Counted from the first letter of the stretch, positions 10,818 through 22,693 are shown. The stretch is DNA of 64,000 nt from an uncultured cyanobacterium (GCA_963710605.1 CAVQBA010000005.1:32001-96000), one strand, 5' to 3'. Program-made: numbers and translations. The notes: generated by a model not told the origin, from the sequence alone.

Positions 10818-13800
10818 ATGAAGAAATATTTGTTTGTTTTGTTGATGATATTTGGAATTTGTCTGACTAATTTACTACCTATTTTTGGTCAAACTATATC
10901 TACAGATAATATTGTTCAGCCTGTTATCTTAACAAATGAGGTGGAAGAATATAATTTAGCTTTTAATTTAGAATACTTAGAAGATAAAAACAAAACATTA
11001 ACGATCGATAATATCACTTCTAATCAATCATCCTCAAAATTTATTCCCAATCAAAAATATGTCCCTAATTTAGGTGTAACTAATTCAGCTATATGGGTTC
11101 GTTTTACTGTAACTAATAATAATAGTTCAAGGCAAAAATGGCAATTAATTTTAAAAGATTCTCGTGTAGGAGAAATTGAAGTTTATATTCCTCAAAAAAA
11201 CAATCAAAATTTTACAATCAAAAAAACTGGTAGATATTTGCCTTTTAAGACTAGAGAGTATAATCATCGTTATTTTATCTTTGATTTACCTTTAGATTAT
11301 CAAGAAGAAAAAACTGTTTATTTAAGATTATATTCTCGATCGATTATGATTTTTCCTTTAATAATTACTACTCTAGATAATTTTTTATTAGGAGATCAAA
11401 TCAATCTTTTTTTGTTAGGAATGGCTCTGGGAATTTTTTTGATAGTTAGTCTTTATACTCTTTCTTTATCTATTGTTTTAAAAGAGCAAGATTATTTTGA
11501 CTATACATTACTAAATTTTATGACTTTGATGCACAAAACTTGTATCATCGGTTTTTATCAACAATATTTATTTCCTAATTCAACTAACGAATTTGAATTA
11601 CAAATTATATCAGCTTATCTAATTTTGTTAGCTCTAATAAAATTCACTAATAGTTTTTTAGAATTAAGACAAAGTAACAAACTTATTTATCGTGTAAATT
11701 CGTTTCTCATCATAATTTGTATTGTTTGTTTTATTTTAGGATTTACTATTTTTAATGATTATATTAGTATAATTATTTCGTTTTTATCTATCATTGTTTG
11801 CGGATTTGTATTATTGATTAGTCTGATTAAATTAAAACAGAAATACCTTCCTGCTAGATATTTTTTCTTAGGAATGCTTGCCCCTTTAATCGTAATAACT
11901 CTATTTAATCTAAGCATTTTACAAATTTATGAAAACAACATTTTAGCTTTAAGAGGTTATCCGATTGTTAAAATTATTTCAATGTGTTTATTTAGTTTTG
12001 CTTTAGGAGATAAAATTAAAATTATTAAAAATGAAAAACAAAAAGCGGAACAAGAAATATTAAAAAATACGCAGTTATATCAACAATCGATCGAAGAAAA
12101 AAATATTATTCTTGAGCAAAGTAAAAATCAATTGAATCAAATACTAGAATCTTTACCCGTTGCTGTTGTCGTTCATAATTTAGATGGCACGATTAAATAT
12201 ATGAATCAAACTAGTCAAAAGCTGTTAAATAAACCGATTAATCCTAATCTAAAAGCACAAAATTTATCCTATGAATATAACGTTTATATTGCGGGGACAA
12301 ATCAAATTTATCCGACATCAGATTTGCCATCAAACAAAGCATTAAAAGGAGAAAAAATTATTGTTGATAATATAGAAATTCATCGAGAAAATGATCTAAT
12401 TACCTTAGAAGTAAATGCAACTCCTATTTATAACAAAAAAAAACAAATTCAAAGTGCGATCGCTGTATTTCAAGATATTACCAAAAGAAAAGAAGCCAAA
12501 CAATTACTACAAGAATATAACCAAAAATTAACGAATGAAGTTAATAAAAGAACAGAGGAATTAGCTATTGCTAAAGAAAAAGCTGAAATAGCTAATAAAG
12601 CTAAAAGTGTTTTTTTAGCTAATATTAATCATGAATTACGAACTCCTCTTAATGCTATTTTAGGTTTTACTCAAATAATGCTCCGCTCTTCTGAATTAAT
12701 TGAGCCTGAAAAAGAATATGTCAAAATTATTAATCGTAGCGGTGATTATTTACTTAAATTAATTAATAATGTTCTCGATTTAGCCAAAATAGAAGCAGGA
12801 AAAACAACCCTCAATAACCAACCAATTAGTCTCAAAAGGCTTTTAATGGAAGTGAAAGACTTTTTTGCTCTTAAAGTCCAAGAAAAAGGTTTAGAATTTA
12901 ATTTAGAACTATCTGACGATATTCCTCAGTATATTGAGATAGATGGAATTAAGCTACGCCAGATATTGATTAATTTATTAGGTAATGCGGTTAAATTTAC
13001 TAATGAAGGTAAAATCGGCTTAAAAGTAACAGCTAACCAATCAAACTTAGAAAGTGAAAAAATAATTTTAATTTTTGAAGTTGCCGATACCGGGTTTGGT
13101 ATAGCAGAAGATGAATTAGACATAATATACGAACCTTTCACACAAGCAACAGCAGGTAAATATCATCAAAAAAGCACGGGATTAGGATTAGCAATTAGCC
13201 GTCAATATATTCAATTAATGGGAGGAGACATTAGTGTTACGAGTAAAATCGATCGAGGTACAACTTTTATTTTTAATTTACCTAGTAAGCAAGCATTACA
13301 ATCGATTGAAGAAGAATATAAACCTTCTTTATCAGTAAAAGGTTTAGCTGAAAGTCGATACAAGTATAAAATATTAATTGTTGACGATCGATTATTTAAT
13401 TCTCAGCTAATAGTTAGTTTACTTGAGCCGATCGGCTTTGAACTTAAAACTACGGAAAATAGTAAAAAAGCATTACAAATATTCTCCTCATGGCAACCTC
13501 ATTTGATTTTTGTCGATATAAGATTGCCAATTTTAGAACAATTAGAAATATTTAATTCACAATTTCAATCTTCTAATAAATACCACCGTGCAGTAATTAT
13601 TGCGATGACTCGTGATGTTTTATGGCAAAAGCAAGAGTATATTTTCCAATCAAAATGTGACGATGTTTTGTGTCAGCCAATAACCGAAGACAAAATATTT
13701 ACAGTAATAAAAAAACATCTGGGTGTTGAATATATCTATGAAACAGTTTCTGAATCTGAAAACGTCTTACTGATAAAAAAAGAATTTCCCGAACAAATGT

Positions 13801-13997
13801 TAAAGCAAATGCCATCACAGTGGCTATCTCAATTATATGAAACTTGTCTAATTTTAGATGAAAGCCAATTTCAAAAGCTAGTGGCTCAAATTCCGCCAAA
13901 ATATCAAGTATTGAGTCAATATTTAACTGAACTAGTAGATTTGATTAAGTGGGAAGAAATTATCGTCTTGATTGAGAAATATTTACAAAATAATTAA
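10818..13997 (+). CDS. hybrid sensor histidine kinase (7TM-DISM, PAS, HisKA, HATPase, receiver)
   Basis: SAIWVRF 7TMR-DISMED2 segment, TM helices, FLANINHELRTPLN, NAVKFT, TGLGLAI, ILIVDD. Confidence 0.92.
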   Translation: MKKYLFVLLMIFGICLTNLLPIFGQTISTDNIVQPVILTNEVEEYNLAFNLEYLEDKNKTLTIDNITSNQSSSKFIPNQKYVPNLGVTNSAIWVRFTVTNNNSSRQKWQLILKDSRVGEIEVYIPQKNNQNFTIKKTGRYLPFKTREYNHRYFIFDLPLDYQEEKTVYLRLYSRSIMIFPLIITTLDNFLLGDQINLFLLGMALGIFLIVSLYTLSLSIVLKEQDYFDYTLLNFMTLMHKTCIIGFYQQYLFPNSTNEFELQIISAYLILLALIKFTNSFLELRQSNKLIYRVNSFLIIICIVCFILGFTIFNDYISIIISFLSIIVCGFVLLISLIKLKQKYLPARYFFLGMLAPLIVITLFNLSILQIYENNILALRGYPIVKIISMCLFSFALGDKIKIIKNEKQKAEQEILKNTQLYQQSIEEKNIILEQSKNQLNQILESLPVAVVVHNLDGTIKYMNQTSQKLLNKPINPNLKAQNLSYEYNVYIAGTNQIYPTSDLPSNKALKGEKIIVDNIEIHRENDLITLEVNATPIYNKKKQIQSAIAVFQDITKRKEAKQLLQEYNQKLTNEVNKRTEELAIAKEKAEIANKAKSVFLANINHELRTPLNAILGFTQIMLRSSELIEPEKEYVKIINRSGDYLLKLINNVLDLAKIEAGKTTLNNQPISLKRLLMEVKDFFALKVQEKGLEFNLELSDDIPQYIEIDGIKLRQILINLLGNAVKFTNEGKIGLKVTANQSNLESEKIILIFEVADTGFGIAEDELDIIYEPFTQATAGKYHQKSTGLGLAISRQYIQLMGGDISVTSKIDRGTTFIFNLPSKQALQSIEEEYKPSLSVKGLAESRYKYKILIVDDRLFNSQLIVSLLEPIGFELKTTENSKKALQIFSSWQPHLIFVDIRLPILEQLEIFNSQFQSSNKYHRAVIIAMTRDVLWQKQEYIFQSKCDDVLCQPITEDKIFTVIKKHLGVEYIYETVSESENVLLIKKEFPEQMLKQMPSQWLSQLYETCLILDESQFQKLVAQIPPKYQVLSQYLTELVDLIKWEEIIVLIEKYLQNN

Positions 13998-14059
13998 TAA
14001 TTGAATATTTTTATCAAAAAATCAGGGGTTTTAAACCCCGAATCTCCCCCCTTCGGTAA

Positions 14060-14113
14060 GCAGGGCTGTTTCGTTCTCGGAAGAAGAAAATAGCTAGAAG
14101 CTATTACTACTCG
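14060..14113 (+). mobile_element. IS-end/MITE-like fragment (family F), shared with 40821-40895
   Basis: GCAGGGCTGTTTC(G/A)TTCTCGG...AAATAGCTAGAAGCTATTACTACTCG occurs at both loci in opposite orientation. Confidence 0.65.
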
Positions 14114-14158
14114 AAAGATTACTTTTTTTAACTATTTTCACTGTTATCTATTATCTGT

Positions 14159-15037
14159 TTACTCTTCACTCTCAATGACTTGTTTAAGTAGTTGAGATTC
14201 AATAGAAATATGATCGTAATTACCAAATATTTTTAATGATTTACTAAAGTCTTTTAATTGAATTAAAGCCGATTGAATTGGTTGCTCATAAGAATCCCCT
14301 TCTAAATCGATGAAAAATAAATATTCACCTAAACAATGCTTGTTTGGTCTAGATTCTATTTTAGTTAAATTAATCGATCGATCGGCAAAAATTTGTAATG
14401 GTTTAATTAATACCCCAGGCATATTTTTTTCAAAAGCTAAACCCAAAGAAACTAAATGTCCGTGATAATGTGGCTCACGAGTAACTACCCAAAAACGGGT
14501 AAAGTTGTCAGCATAATCATTAATATTTTCAACTTTAATCGGTAAATCATATAATTGTGCCGCTCTGACTGAGGAAATCGCCCCTGCGGTTGGTTCTTGA
14601 TTAAGATGATGTAAAGCCTCTGTTGTCGAATTAGTAGCAACTACAGAAGCATTAGGAAGGTTGAGAGCCAACCATTTTTGACATTGTGCTAAAGCTTGAG
14701 GATGAGAGTAAACGGTTTTGATACCTGAAAACGATCGACCACGAGACAAAAGATTATGAACAATCGGAATAGTCAAAGATTGTTGAATATGTATATTTTC
14801 TAATTCCCACAAAGTATCAAGAGTAATCATTACAGTACCTTCAATCGAATTTTCGATCGGCACAACTGCAATATCAGCTTTACCTTGAGCAACAGTTAAT
14901 AATGTTTGAGAAATACTCGTTATTGGGATTAAATCCGTATCAACATTATCCTTTTGGGCGAGAATTTGAGCATAACATAAAGTTGCCAATTCCGAATAAG
15001 TTCCTTTTGGTCCTAAATAGGCGATCGTTTTTCTCAT
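14159..15037 (-). CDS. pheA: prephenate dehydratase
   Basis: IAYLGPKGTYSE, PIENSIEG, SHPQALAQC, TRF, KIESRP. Confidence 0.95.
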   Translation of the reverse strand: MRKTIAYLGPKGTYSELATLCYAQILAQKDNVDTDLIPITSISQTLLTVAQGKADIAVVPIENSIEGTVMITLDTLWELENIHIQQSLTIPIVHNLLSRGRSFSGIKTVYSHPQALAQCQKWLALNLPNASVVATNSTTEALHHLNQEPTAGAISSVRAAQLYDLPIKVENINDYADNFTRFWVVTREPHYHGHLVSLGLAFEKNMPGVLIKPLQIFADRSINLTKIESRPNKHCLGEYLFFIDLEGDSYEQPIQSALIQLKDFSKSLKIFGNYDHISIESQLLKQVIESEE

Positions 15038-15112
15038 CTAACTCTGATCTAGATTTTCCTCAGACAATTATTATATCAATCTATTGAATAATTAACTGAC
15101 GTTACATAGTTA

Positions 15113-15240
15113 GGGAATGAGTAATGAGTAAGGAGTAAGGAGTAAGGAGTAAGGAGTAAGGAGTAAGGAATATTAATTGTTAATTGTTAATTGTTAATTG
15201 TTCATTACTCTTAACTCTTAACTCTTAACTCTTAACTTTT
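15113..15240. repeat. mixed heptamer arrays (GAGTAAG)n, (TTGTTAA)n, (TAACTCT)n
   Basis: direct reading. Confidence 0.85.
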
Positions 15241-15254
15241 AAGCCCTTTGTTGA

Positions 15255-15955
15255 CTATGACTTTTGTTTTTGGGCGAGTGGATCGGCAATATAATTGAAA
15301 TTTTCATCACTATTCCAAGGGCCACGCTCGTCTTTAGCACCATTAGTAGATAAATTATAATAAATATCTACTGTTTCATCAGGTTGAACATTACCAAAGA
15401 AAGGCTCATCGAGTTTACCCAATGAATCAAGTGCTTTCATGAACATTTTGGTGTGAGAAATTTCACGAGTTAGCAAATGTACTAAAGTTTCTTTTGTTCC
15501 CTCATCAGGGGCTATTTTGATTAGTTCTTCGTAAGTTTGACGAGCACCTGCTTCAGCACCTATATTAGCTCGTAAATCCCGAACTACATCACCACCTTCG
15601 TTAAGATAACTAGCAGTCCAAGCCGAACCTTGAGAATCTAGAAAGTGTGGTCCTACACCTCTGAGGGCGAACAAAGTACTTTTAAAAGCATCTGTTTGAT
15701 CGGCATTTTTGGTATGAACTTCAATCAATTTACCGATCATTTCTAAATGACTAAATTCTTCGATCGCAATATCCTGCAACATATCTTTAATACCAGCATT
15801 TTCTACATGAAAAGACTGTACCCAATATTGTAGAGCGGCGGTAAGTTCACCAGTTGCACCACCGAATTGTTCTAATAGTAATTGAGCAAAACGAGGATCT
15901 GGCGTCTTTTGACATTTACGGGTTTAGTGATTAATTCTTTTTTATGAAAAAACAT
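15255..15955 (-). CDS. manganese catalase family (KatB-like); frameshifted near 15905 as sequenced
   Basis: MFFHKKEL from ATG 15955, then PDPRFAQLLLEQFGGATGELTAALQY in another frame joining ORF 15255-15782 (EEFSH, REISH). Confidence 0.88.
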
Positions 15956-16389
15956 TATTTCTCTGTTTTGAAGTGTTTATTTGTAAGCTACTTATGAGCT
16001 ACTTATTTAAAATATTAATAAGTTTGTTCTTAAACACTATGGTTCAATAGTTAGATATACGTTTTTTTACTTAAGTACTTTTTAATGAAATCTAACCTGA
16101 GAAATACTTATTTTTCTAGATGACAAAATTTAAAAATTATCAGTGTTTTTGAATAAAGTAAAAAGTGTAGTTCAATAGTAATAGGGCAAATAAACTCTAG
16201 AAATTAATCCTAGTAAAGACAGCCCTTTATGAATCTAGATCTTGTCAATACAATTGTTGCAAGAGATTAAATCTCAGATTTACCAAAAAATTGACTTAAA
16301 GGCTTCCTCTTAAAAGAAGAAAAAAAGAAAAGATATTTTTTAGCTTTCAATCTTATTCTCACTTCAAAACTAAAGATAATCTTACTCTA

Positions 16390-17745
16390 TTAACTATTTA
16401 CTAAACTCATTGCTTCTCCTGTCAAGCTAAATGCTCGAACTTGAGTAATTTTAACAGGTACAACTTTGCCTTTAAGTTCATTAATATCTCCTGCAAAAAA
16501 AGTGAGTCGATTACCTGCGGTTCTACCGACTACTTGAGTGGTATTCTTAGGATTACCATCTTCAACTAATACTTGCTCGATACGTCCTAAATATCTTTGT
16601 GATCTTTCGACGGCTTTAGACGATACTAAATGATTTAGCCTTTGTAAACGATCGTTTTTATCTATTTCACTAACTTGATTTGACCAAATTGCCGCAGGAG
16701 TATTCGGGCGTGGTGAATAAGAAGCAGTATTAAGTAAATCAAAACCAATTTCCTCAACTAAACTTAAAGTCTTTTGAAATTGCTCCTCAGTTTCTCCAGG
16801 GAAACCCACAATAGCATCACCACTAATCGACGCATCGGGCATATATTCACGAATTTTAGTGATAATACTTTGATAACGCTCACGAGTATAACCCCGTTTC
16901 ATTTCCCTGAGAATGTCGTTATCTCCTGATTGAAAAGGTATATGGAAATGTTCGCAAACTTTAGGTAACTCATAACAGGCTTTAATCAAACGCTCAGTAA
17001 AATAACGAGGGTGAGAAGTAGCAAAACGAATCCTTTCAATACCCTCCACATCATGAATATAATAAAGTAAATCGGTTAAAGTATGTTTATGTCTGCCTGA
17101 AACTGTACTACCTGGTAAATCTCTACCGTAAGCATCAATATTTTGTCCGAGTAAAGTTACCTCCTTAAAACCTTGACGAGCAATTTCTTCGATTTCGGCT
17201 TTAATTACTTCTGGAGTACGAGACTGTTCAACTCCTCTTACATTAGGAACTACACAATAACTACATCTTTCATTACATCCATAAATAATATTAACCCAAG
17301 CGGAGACATCACTCTCACGACGAGGTTTAGTAATATCTTCATAAATATGAATTGGTTCGGTAGCCACTACCTGAGAGCCGTTAAAGACTTCTTCTAACAA
17401 ACTTTCTAAACGATTAGCGTGTTGGGGCCCCATAACTAAGTCTAATTCTGGTACTCTAGTTAAGAGCTTTTCTCCTTCTTGTTGAGCAACACATCCAGCC
17501 ACAATGAGGGTTAAATCAGCTTCTTTATGTTTTCTCACAGCTTGTCTGCCTAAGTAGGAATAGACTTTTTGTTCGGCGTTATCTCTGATGGTACAAGTGT
17601 TATAAACTAAAACATTAGCTTGATTAACGTCTTCGGTAAATTCAAATCCCATTGTTTCGAGGATACCTGCCATTCTCTCGGAATCGGCTTTATTCATCTG
17701 ACAGCCGAAAGTAGTTATATTATAAAAACGTTGCTTATTGGTCAT
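16390..17745 (-). CDS. miaB: tRNA-2-methylthio-N6-dimethylallyladenosine synthase
   Basis: [20 protein letters not shown] radical SAM motif, TRAM domain. Confidence 0.96.
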   Translation of the reverse strand: MTNKQRFYNITTFGCQMNKADSERMAGILETMGFEFTEDVNQANVLVYNTCTIRDNAEQKVYSYLGRQAVRKHKEADLTLIVAGCVAQQEGEKLLTRVPELDLVMGPQHANRLESLLEEVFNGSQVVATEPIHIYEDITKPRRESDVSAWVNIIYGCNERCSYCVVPNVRGVEQSRTPEVIKAEIEEIARQGFKEVTLLGQNIDAYGRDLPGSTVSGRHKHTLTDLLYYIHDVEGIERIRFATSHPRYFTERLIKACYELPKVCEHFHIPFQSGDNDILREMKRGYTRERYQSIITKIREYMPDASISGDAIVGFPGETEEQFQKTLSLVEEIGFDLLNTASYSPRPNTPAAIWSNQVSEIDKNDRLQRLNHLVSSKAVERSQRYLGRIEQVLVEDGNPKNTTQVVGRTAGNRLTFFAGDINELKGKVVPVKITQVRAFSLTGEAMSLVNS

Positions 17746-18117
17746 AATTTAAAATAAAAGTTTTTCTAGTATCAGTATTTTTTCTCTTTCTAAACTGAGT
17801 CACTATTTCTAAGTTCGAGTTATTATTGAGGTCGAAATTCAATCTTCAATCTATTATAAAGAGCATTTAATTTTTAAGAGACGATCGTTATTAAAAAAAT
17901 TTATAGTTATTATTAATAATTAAAACTTTACAATTGATAATTACTCATTGTTCACTGTTCATTGTTAATTGTTCATTGTTAAAACGGTATTTTGTTATAA
18001 CTCTTAATAAAATAGACCCTTTATAAGGGAAAGATTTTGCTAAACTGTAACATAACTCGACGTTCTAAATTAGAAAGAACTTAAGAGCAAAGAAATTTTT
18101 ATATCTACATATATACT

Positions 18118-19194
18118 ATGGTAACAACAGTTCAAAAGCCAGAATATGATGAACTTCGTCCGGGTGTAAAAGCACCAGCAAAAGAAACCATTTTAACTCC
18201 TCGTTTTTACACTACGGATTACGAGGAAATGGCGAAAATGGACATGAGCGTCAATGAAGATGAATTAAGAGCCATTATCGGTGAATTAAAAGAAGACTAT
18301 AACCGTCATCATTTTGTTCGTAATGAAGAATTTAATCAATCATGGGAACATTTTGATGCAGAAACTCGCCGTTTATTTGTCGAATTTTTAGAACGCTCTT
18401 GTACTGCCGAATTTTCTGGTTTCCTATTATATAAAGAGTTAGGCAGACGTTTAAAAGGAAAAAACCCTCTTTTAGCAGAAGGTTTTAACTTAATATCTCG
18501 TGATGAAGCACGTCATGCTGGTTTTTTAAACAAAGCATTGTCAGATTTTAATATGACTTTAGATTTAGGATTTTTAACCAAAAGTCGTAGTTATACTTTT
18601 TTCAAACCCAAATTTATTTTGTACGCTACCTATTTATCGGAAAAAATTGGTTACTGGCGTTATATTACTATTTTTCGTCATTTAGAACAAAATCCTGAAA
18701 ACACAATTTACCCAATTTTTAAATTCTTTGATAATTGGTGTCAAGATGAAAATCGTCATGGTGACTTTTTTGATGCAGTGCTAAAAGCACAACCTTTTTT
18801 CTTAGATGATTGGAAAGCAAGATTGTGGTGTCGTTTCTTTTTACTTTCTGTCTTTGCGACTATGTATCTTAATGATTTACAAAGAGCAAGTTTTTATGCC
18901 TGTCTCGGGTTAGATGCTAGAAGTTATGATAGAGAGGTAATTGAAAAAACTAATAATACCGCAGGAAGAGTATTCCCGATTATTTTAGATGTCAATCATC
19001 CTGCTTTTTACGGTAGTTTAGAAAAATGTGTTACTAACTGTGAAAAGTTAAGAGCGATCGATGCTTCTAATAGTATTGCACCTATAAAGATATTACGTAA
19101 AGCACCTCTGTTTTTATCTAACGCAACTCAATTTGTTCGTTTATATTTCCTCAAACCAATTAAAACCGAAGCAAAACAAGGTTGTGTTTGCTAA
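18118..19194 (+). CDS. acsF: Mg-protoporphyrin IX monomethyl ester oxidative cyclase
   Basis: [24 protein letters not shown] and DENRH di-iron motifs. Confidence 0.96.
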   Translation: MVTTVQKPEYDELRPGVKAPAKETILTPRFYTTDYEEMAKMDMSVNEDELRAIIGELKEDYNRHHFVRNEEFNQSWEHFDAETRRLFVEFLERSCTAEFSGFLLYKELGRRLKGKNPLLAEGFNLISRDEARHAGFLNKALSDFNMTLDLGFLTKSRSYTFFKPKFILYATYLSEKIGYWRYITIFRHLEQNPENTIYPIFKFFDNWCQDENRHGDFFDAVLKAQPFFLDDWKARLWCRFFLLSVFATMYLNDLQRASFYACLGLDARSYDREVIEKTNNTAGRVFPIILDVNHPAFYGSLEKCVTNCEKLRAIDASNSIAPIKILRKAPLFLSNATQFVRLYFLKPIKTEAKQGCVC

Positions 19195-19215
19195 AAAGAT
19201 TAATTAGCTATTTCA

Positions 19216-19246
19216 ATCCCCCCAACCCCCCTTTGTAAGGGGGGCT
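19216..19246 (+). repeat. C/G-run hairpin repeat (family D); other copies 21765-21793, 23211-23242(-), 40684-40716, 58096-58130; degenerate or nested ones near 10450, 14044, 29870, 36903, 53240
   Basis: ATCCCCCC(A/T)ACCCCCCTT-N3-5-AAGGGGGG. Confidence 0.85.
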
Positions 19247-19287
19247 TACTTAATGTAAATATTACTTATGATAAATAAACATTGTGA

Positions 19288-19324
19288 AACCCTACCCTAA
19301 ATATTTAAGGGAGGGCTTTTTTTT
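19288..19324 (+). terminator. probable terminator downstream of acsF
   Basis: imperfect ACCCTACCCT / AGGGAGGGC stem plus T-run. Confidence 0.6.
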
Positions 19325-19469
19325 GATTTAATTTTAATAAGGTGGGCGGTGCATCGCCCTACATTTGTAGTTATAAACTATCAACTTCAAATAATGAAGT
19401 TTTAATGATTAATAGCTTGAAGTAAGCTACTTTTACTTAAATTACTAAGTCTATTTTGACAGACTAAGA

Positions 19470-19949
19470 CTAATTATTTGCTTTATTTTCGGCGTTTAAC
19501 ATTTTGTCTTCTTCAGTACCTAAATTTACTTTAAATACTTTGTTTTTTGCTTCTTCTAATTTAGGTAAAGTTAAGACTAAGACACCATTATTGTAGTCTG
19601 CGTTTACTTCATTATTTCTAATAGCTACAGGTAGATTAATTGTTCTTTCAAAATGCTCGTAATTAAGCTCAGAAATATAGTAACCATTACCTTTGTCTTC
19701 GGTTTTGTTTTCAAATGTACCGACAATCTTGACATTATCACGAGTTACACTTACATCTAAATTGTCTTTGTCTATACCGGGTATTGATACTCTTAATGTT
19801 AGGTTGTCATCGTGATCAGTTAATTCTACTGCTGGTTTGAAAACTGTTGTTTGAGAATTATCCCATGTCGCCATATCTTCGAGCAAACGATTCATTTGAC
19901 GGTGTAAGCTGTTGATTTCGTATAAAGGATTAAAGCGTACAATAGCCAT
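19470..19949 (-). CDS. hspA: small heat shock protein (Hsp20)
   Basis: MAIVRFNP...QMNRL, PAVEL, ADYNNGVLVLTLPK. Confidence 0.93.
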   Translation of the reverse strand: MAIVRFNPLYEINSLHRQMNRLLEDMATWDNSQTTVFKPAVELTDHDDNLTLRVSIPGIDKDNLDVSVTRDNVKIVGTFENKTEDKGNGYYISELNYEHFERTINLPVAIRNNEVNADYNNGVLVLTLPKLEEAKNKVFKVNLGTEEDKMLNAENKANN

Positions 19950-20141
19950 AATTTATTTTCTCCTTGATGTTTTTTCTTAGTTGATTTATTTAACTTTCGT
20001 TGTTATTTATATATTTACATATTCATTTTTTAGCTGAGGGGAGAAAACCGATTAAAAAACGATCGAGTTTACCGTAAAAATCAAAGTAGGGGCGTAGCAC
20101 TGCTACGTCCCTACATTATGTAAAATTAATTGCCAATTATT

Positions 20142-21632
20142 TTATAGTATTGGTGCCGATAAACGAGAGACTTTAGCAGATAACTTGAACCAAAAAGATC
20201 GTTTCCGATATTGTTTAAGATCGACTAACATTGAACAGTTGAGATCATTTTTAAACATTTTCTCGACGCTTTCGACTAAATCGTGAGATGTCGTTTGATT
20301 TTGTGAAGGTATTGTCTTGTTCGCCAGATGTGAAGAAATTGCGAACGTCATCGCCTCAAAGTTAAGAAAAAAAGAGCGATTGTCGATATTTATTGTGCCG
20401 ACACCTGCTATTTTACGATCGCATAAAATAATTTTTTGGTGCATAAAGCCCGATCGATAACGATAAATTTTGATACCTATATTTTGTAATTCGGTGTAAT
20501 AGGAAAAAGAACAAAGGTAAACTAGTAAATGATCTGGTCTGTCAGGTAAAATAATTCTAACATCAACACCTCTAAGAGCGGCTAACTTTAAAGCATTGAG
20601 AGTCGTATTATCGGGGACGAAATAAGGCGTAGCAATCCATAACCTATCTTCAGCTAAATTAATTAAATTAAGATAAAATAATGTACAAACATTTAATCTA
20701 TCCGCAGGTCCAGTTGTTAGTACAAATGCTGTTTGGTTATATCGGTGGTCGTTGACGATCGACCAAGATACATCAATAACATCTCTAGTTGCCCAATACC
20801 AATCTTTAAGGAATGTTCCCTGCAAAGACTGAACAATAGTACCCTTAGCTTCAAGATGAGTATCTCGCCAAGCACCGAAACGAGGAACTTTACCCAAATA
20901 TTCATCACCAATATTTAAACCACCGACAAAACCAATTTCTCCATCAACAATAATAATTTTACGATGGTTGCGAAAGTTTAGTTGAAAACGATTACCTCGA
21001 CCTTTAGTACTACGAAAACTCTTAACAGCTATACCATTTTTGCGTAAAGAATCGACATAACTATGGTTTAGTTTATAAGAGCCTAGTCCATCATACAGTA
21101 CATATATTCTTACTCCTTCTTTAGCTTTAGCGATTAAAGCATCTTTAAACTGATTGCCTATTTCATCGTCATGGATAATATAAGATTGTAGTAAAATATA
21201 ATTCTTAGCAAGAGCGATCGCTTTGAGCATATGAATAAAAGTTTGCTCACCATCAATTAATAGTTCGATCGCATTATTATGAGTAAAAGGAAGATCGCTT
21301 ATTTTTTTAATTAATCGATCTAAGGTTGTTAACTCTTCAGGTAATTCTGCTTTAAAATATAGTATTTGGCGATAAACATCATGTAATGTATCTTGATGCC
21401 GATAATATACTCGACGCATGGCTTCGCTATAGCCTTGAAATTGACTTCTACCAAAAATCCAATATAAGGGTACAGCTAACCAAGGAAAAGTTATCAAAGA
21501 AATCGCCCAAGCGACTGCACCTCTAGAAGAGCGAACATTCATTACCGCATGGATAGCATTAATAACACCCAAAGTATGAACCACGAATAAGACGATGCTG
21601 TAGATTGGCAAAAATTTGATTGCAGAAATCAT
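20142..21632 (-). CDS. cls: cardiolipin synthase (phospholipase D family)
   Basis: two HKD motifs (NHRKIIIVD, MHQKIILCD), N-terminal TM pair, WRDTH, TPYFVP. Confidence 0.88.
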   Translation of the reverse strand: MISAIKFLPIYSIVLFVVHTLGVINAIHAVMNVRSSRGAVAWAISLITFPWLAVPLYWIFGRSQFQGYSEAMRRVYYRHQDTLHDVYRQILYFKAELPEELTTLDRLIKKISDLPFTHNNAIELLIDGEQTFIHMLKAIALAKNYILLQSYIIHDDEIGNQFKDALIAKAKEGVRIYVLYDGLGSYKLNHSYVDSLRKNGIAVKSFRSTKGRGNRFQLNFRNHRKIIIVDGEIGFVGGLNIGDEYLGKVPRFGAWRDTHLEAKGTIVQSLQGTFLKDWYWATRDVIDVSWSIVNDHRYNQTAFVLTTGPADRLNVCTLFYLNLINLAEDRLWIATPYFVPDNTTLNALKLAALRGVDVRIILPDRPDHLLVYLCSFSYYTELQNIGIKIYRYRSGFMHQKIILCDRKIAGVGTINIDNRSFFLNFEAMTFAISSHLANKTIPSQNQTTSHDLVESVEKMFKNDLNCSMLVDLKQYRKRSFWFKLSAKVSRLSAPIL

Positions 21633-21730
21633 TTTAGATCTTAGTTACTAGCATTAATAATATAGACCGTTATTCGAGTATAAAATGCGTTTTTTAATAA
21701 ATATATACCACTGCAACATGATTTGTTATC

Positions 21731-21838
21731 TATAGCAGTAAACCAGATAGGCATGGAGATTATCGATCCCCCTAACCCCCTTATAGAAGGGGGAACATTC
21801 TCCAAATAAATGTCCTAATTAAGTGATTCTTTACTATA
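21731..21838. mobile_element. TATAG...CTATA MITE-like shell with D core; supplies the last codons and stop of the EEP gene
   Basis: ends TATAGCAG... and TGTCCTAATT...ACTATA, degenerate inverted repeats. Confidence 0.55.
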
Positions 21839-22693
21839 GTTTTTGTTTAGGCACAATTCCACAAAAAGAGGATTATGATCTGAAGAAGAGACATTATCTA
21901 TAACTTTGGTAGTCTGTGGCTTAGGAGTTAGTCCACGATAGAAAATATAATCTAACGGTGGAGACAACAAAAAGTTTTTAATTTTTTTATTATCTTCTGC
22001 GGAAAAAGATACACAAGTTAAATTTAATCTAGCTGACATTTGTGATAACATTTGCCAACGAGATTTATTCCATGTATTGAAATCTCCTGCTAAAATAACC
22101 GCCCCCTGATGTTGATTAATTACTGACTCAATTTCTTGTAGCTGAGTGGTGAATTTATCTAAACTGACAAAATTGATTAAATGAGTATTGACAGCTAATA
22201 AACTTTCAGAGTGATGCTTTTGGCTATTATCTAAATTCTTGTCTAAAGCATATTTGGTAAATAAAGAAACTTTAGGGGTATTAATTAATGGCTCGTTATG
22301 CTTAGTAATTATCGCTTGACTAGAAATACGATCGCCTTTAGTAGCAATCAAAATTCCTGAATAATTATTTTTAGAAGTATCGATAAAGTTAGGTGCAAAA
22401 GCCCAACTCATTTGAGCTAATTCAGCAATTTCTTCAACCCCAACAGATAAAGCAACTTCTTGTAAAAAGATTTTGTCTGGTTGATATTTTTCGACAATGG
22501 CTAAAAAATCTCGACTCCAGTTGCGATCGTTATTATTTTTAGCAACATTCCAATTCAAAACTTTAATTGAAGTTAGATTTAGACTAGGGTTTGAGTAGCT
22601 ACTATGAATTATCGTTTCTGGTACTTGTTTAAATCGATCGATTAGATTCCATTGACTTAAATCAAATGATTTTTGTTCTTGTTTTTCAACCAT
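21815..22693 (-). CDS. endonuclease/exonuclease/phosphatase family protein (YafD-like)
   Basis: LNWNVAK, FLQE, NTHLINF, AGDFNTW, LDYIFYRG, SSDHNPL. Confidence 0.9.
   Translation of the reverse strand: MVEKQEQKSFDLSQWNLIDRFKQVPETIIHSSYSNPSLNLTSIKVLNWNVAKNNNDRNWSRDFLAIVEKYQPDKIFLQEVALSVGVEEIAELAQMSWAFAPNFIDTSKNNYSGILIATKGDRISSQAIITKHNEPLINTPKVSLFTKYALDKNLDNSQKHHSESLLAVNTHLINFVSLDKFTTQLQEIESVINQHQGAVILAGDFNTWNKSRWQMLSQMSARLNLTCVSFSAEDNKKIKNFLLSPPLDYIFYRGLTPKPQTTKVIDNVSSSDHNPLFVELCLNKNYSKESLN

Noticed and set aside
19950-20085. CIRCE element before hspA
   Set aside because: No TTAGCACTC-N9-GAGTGCTAA match.
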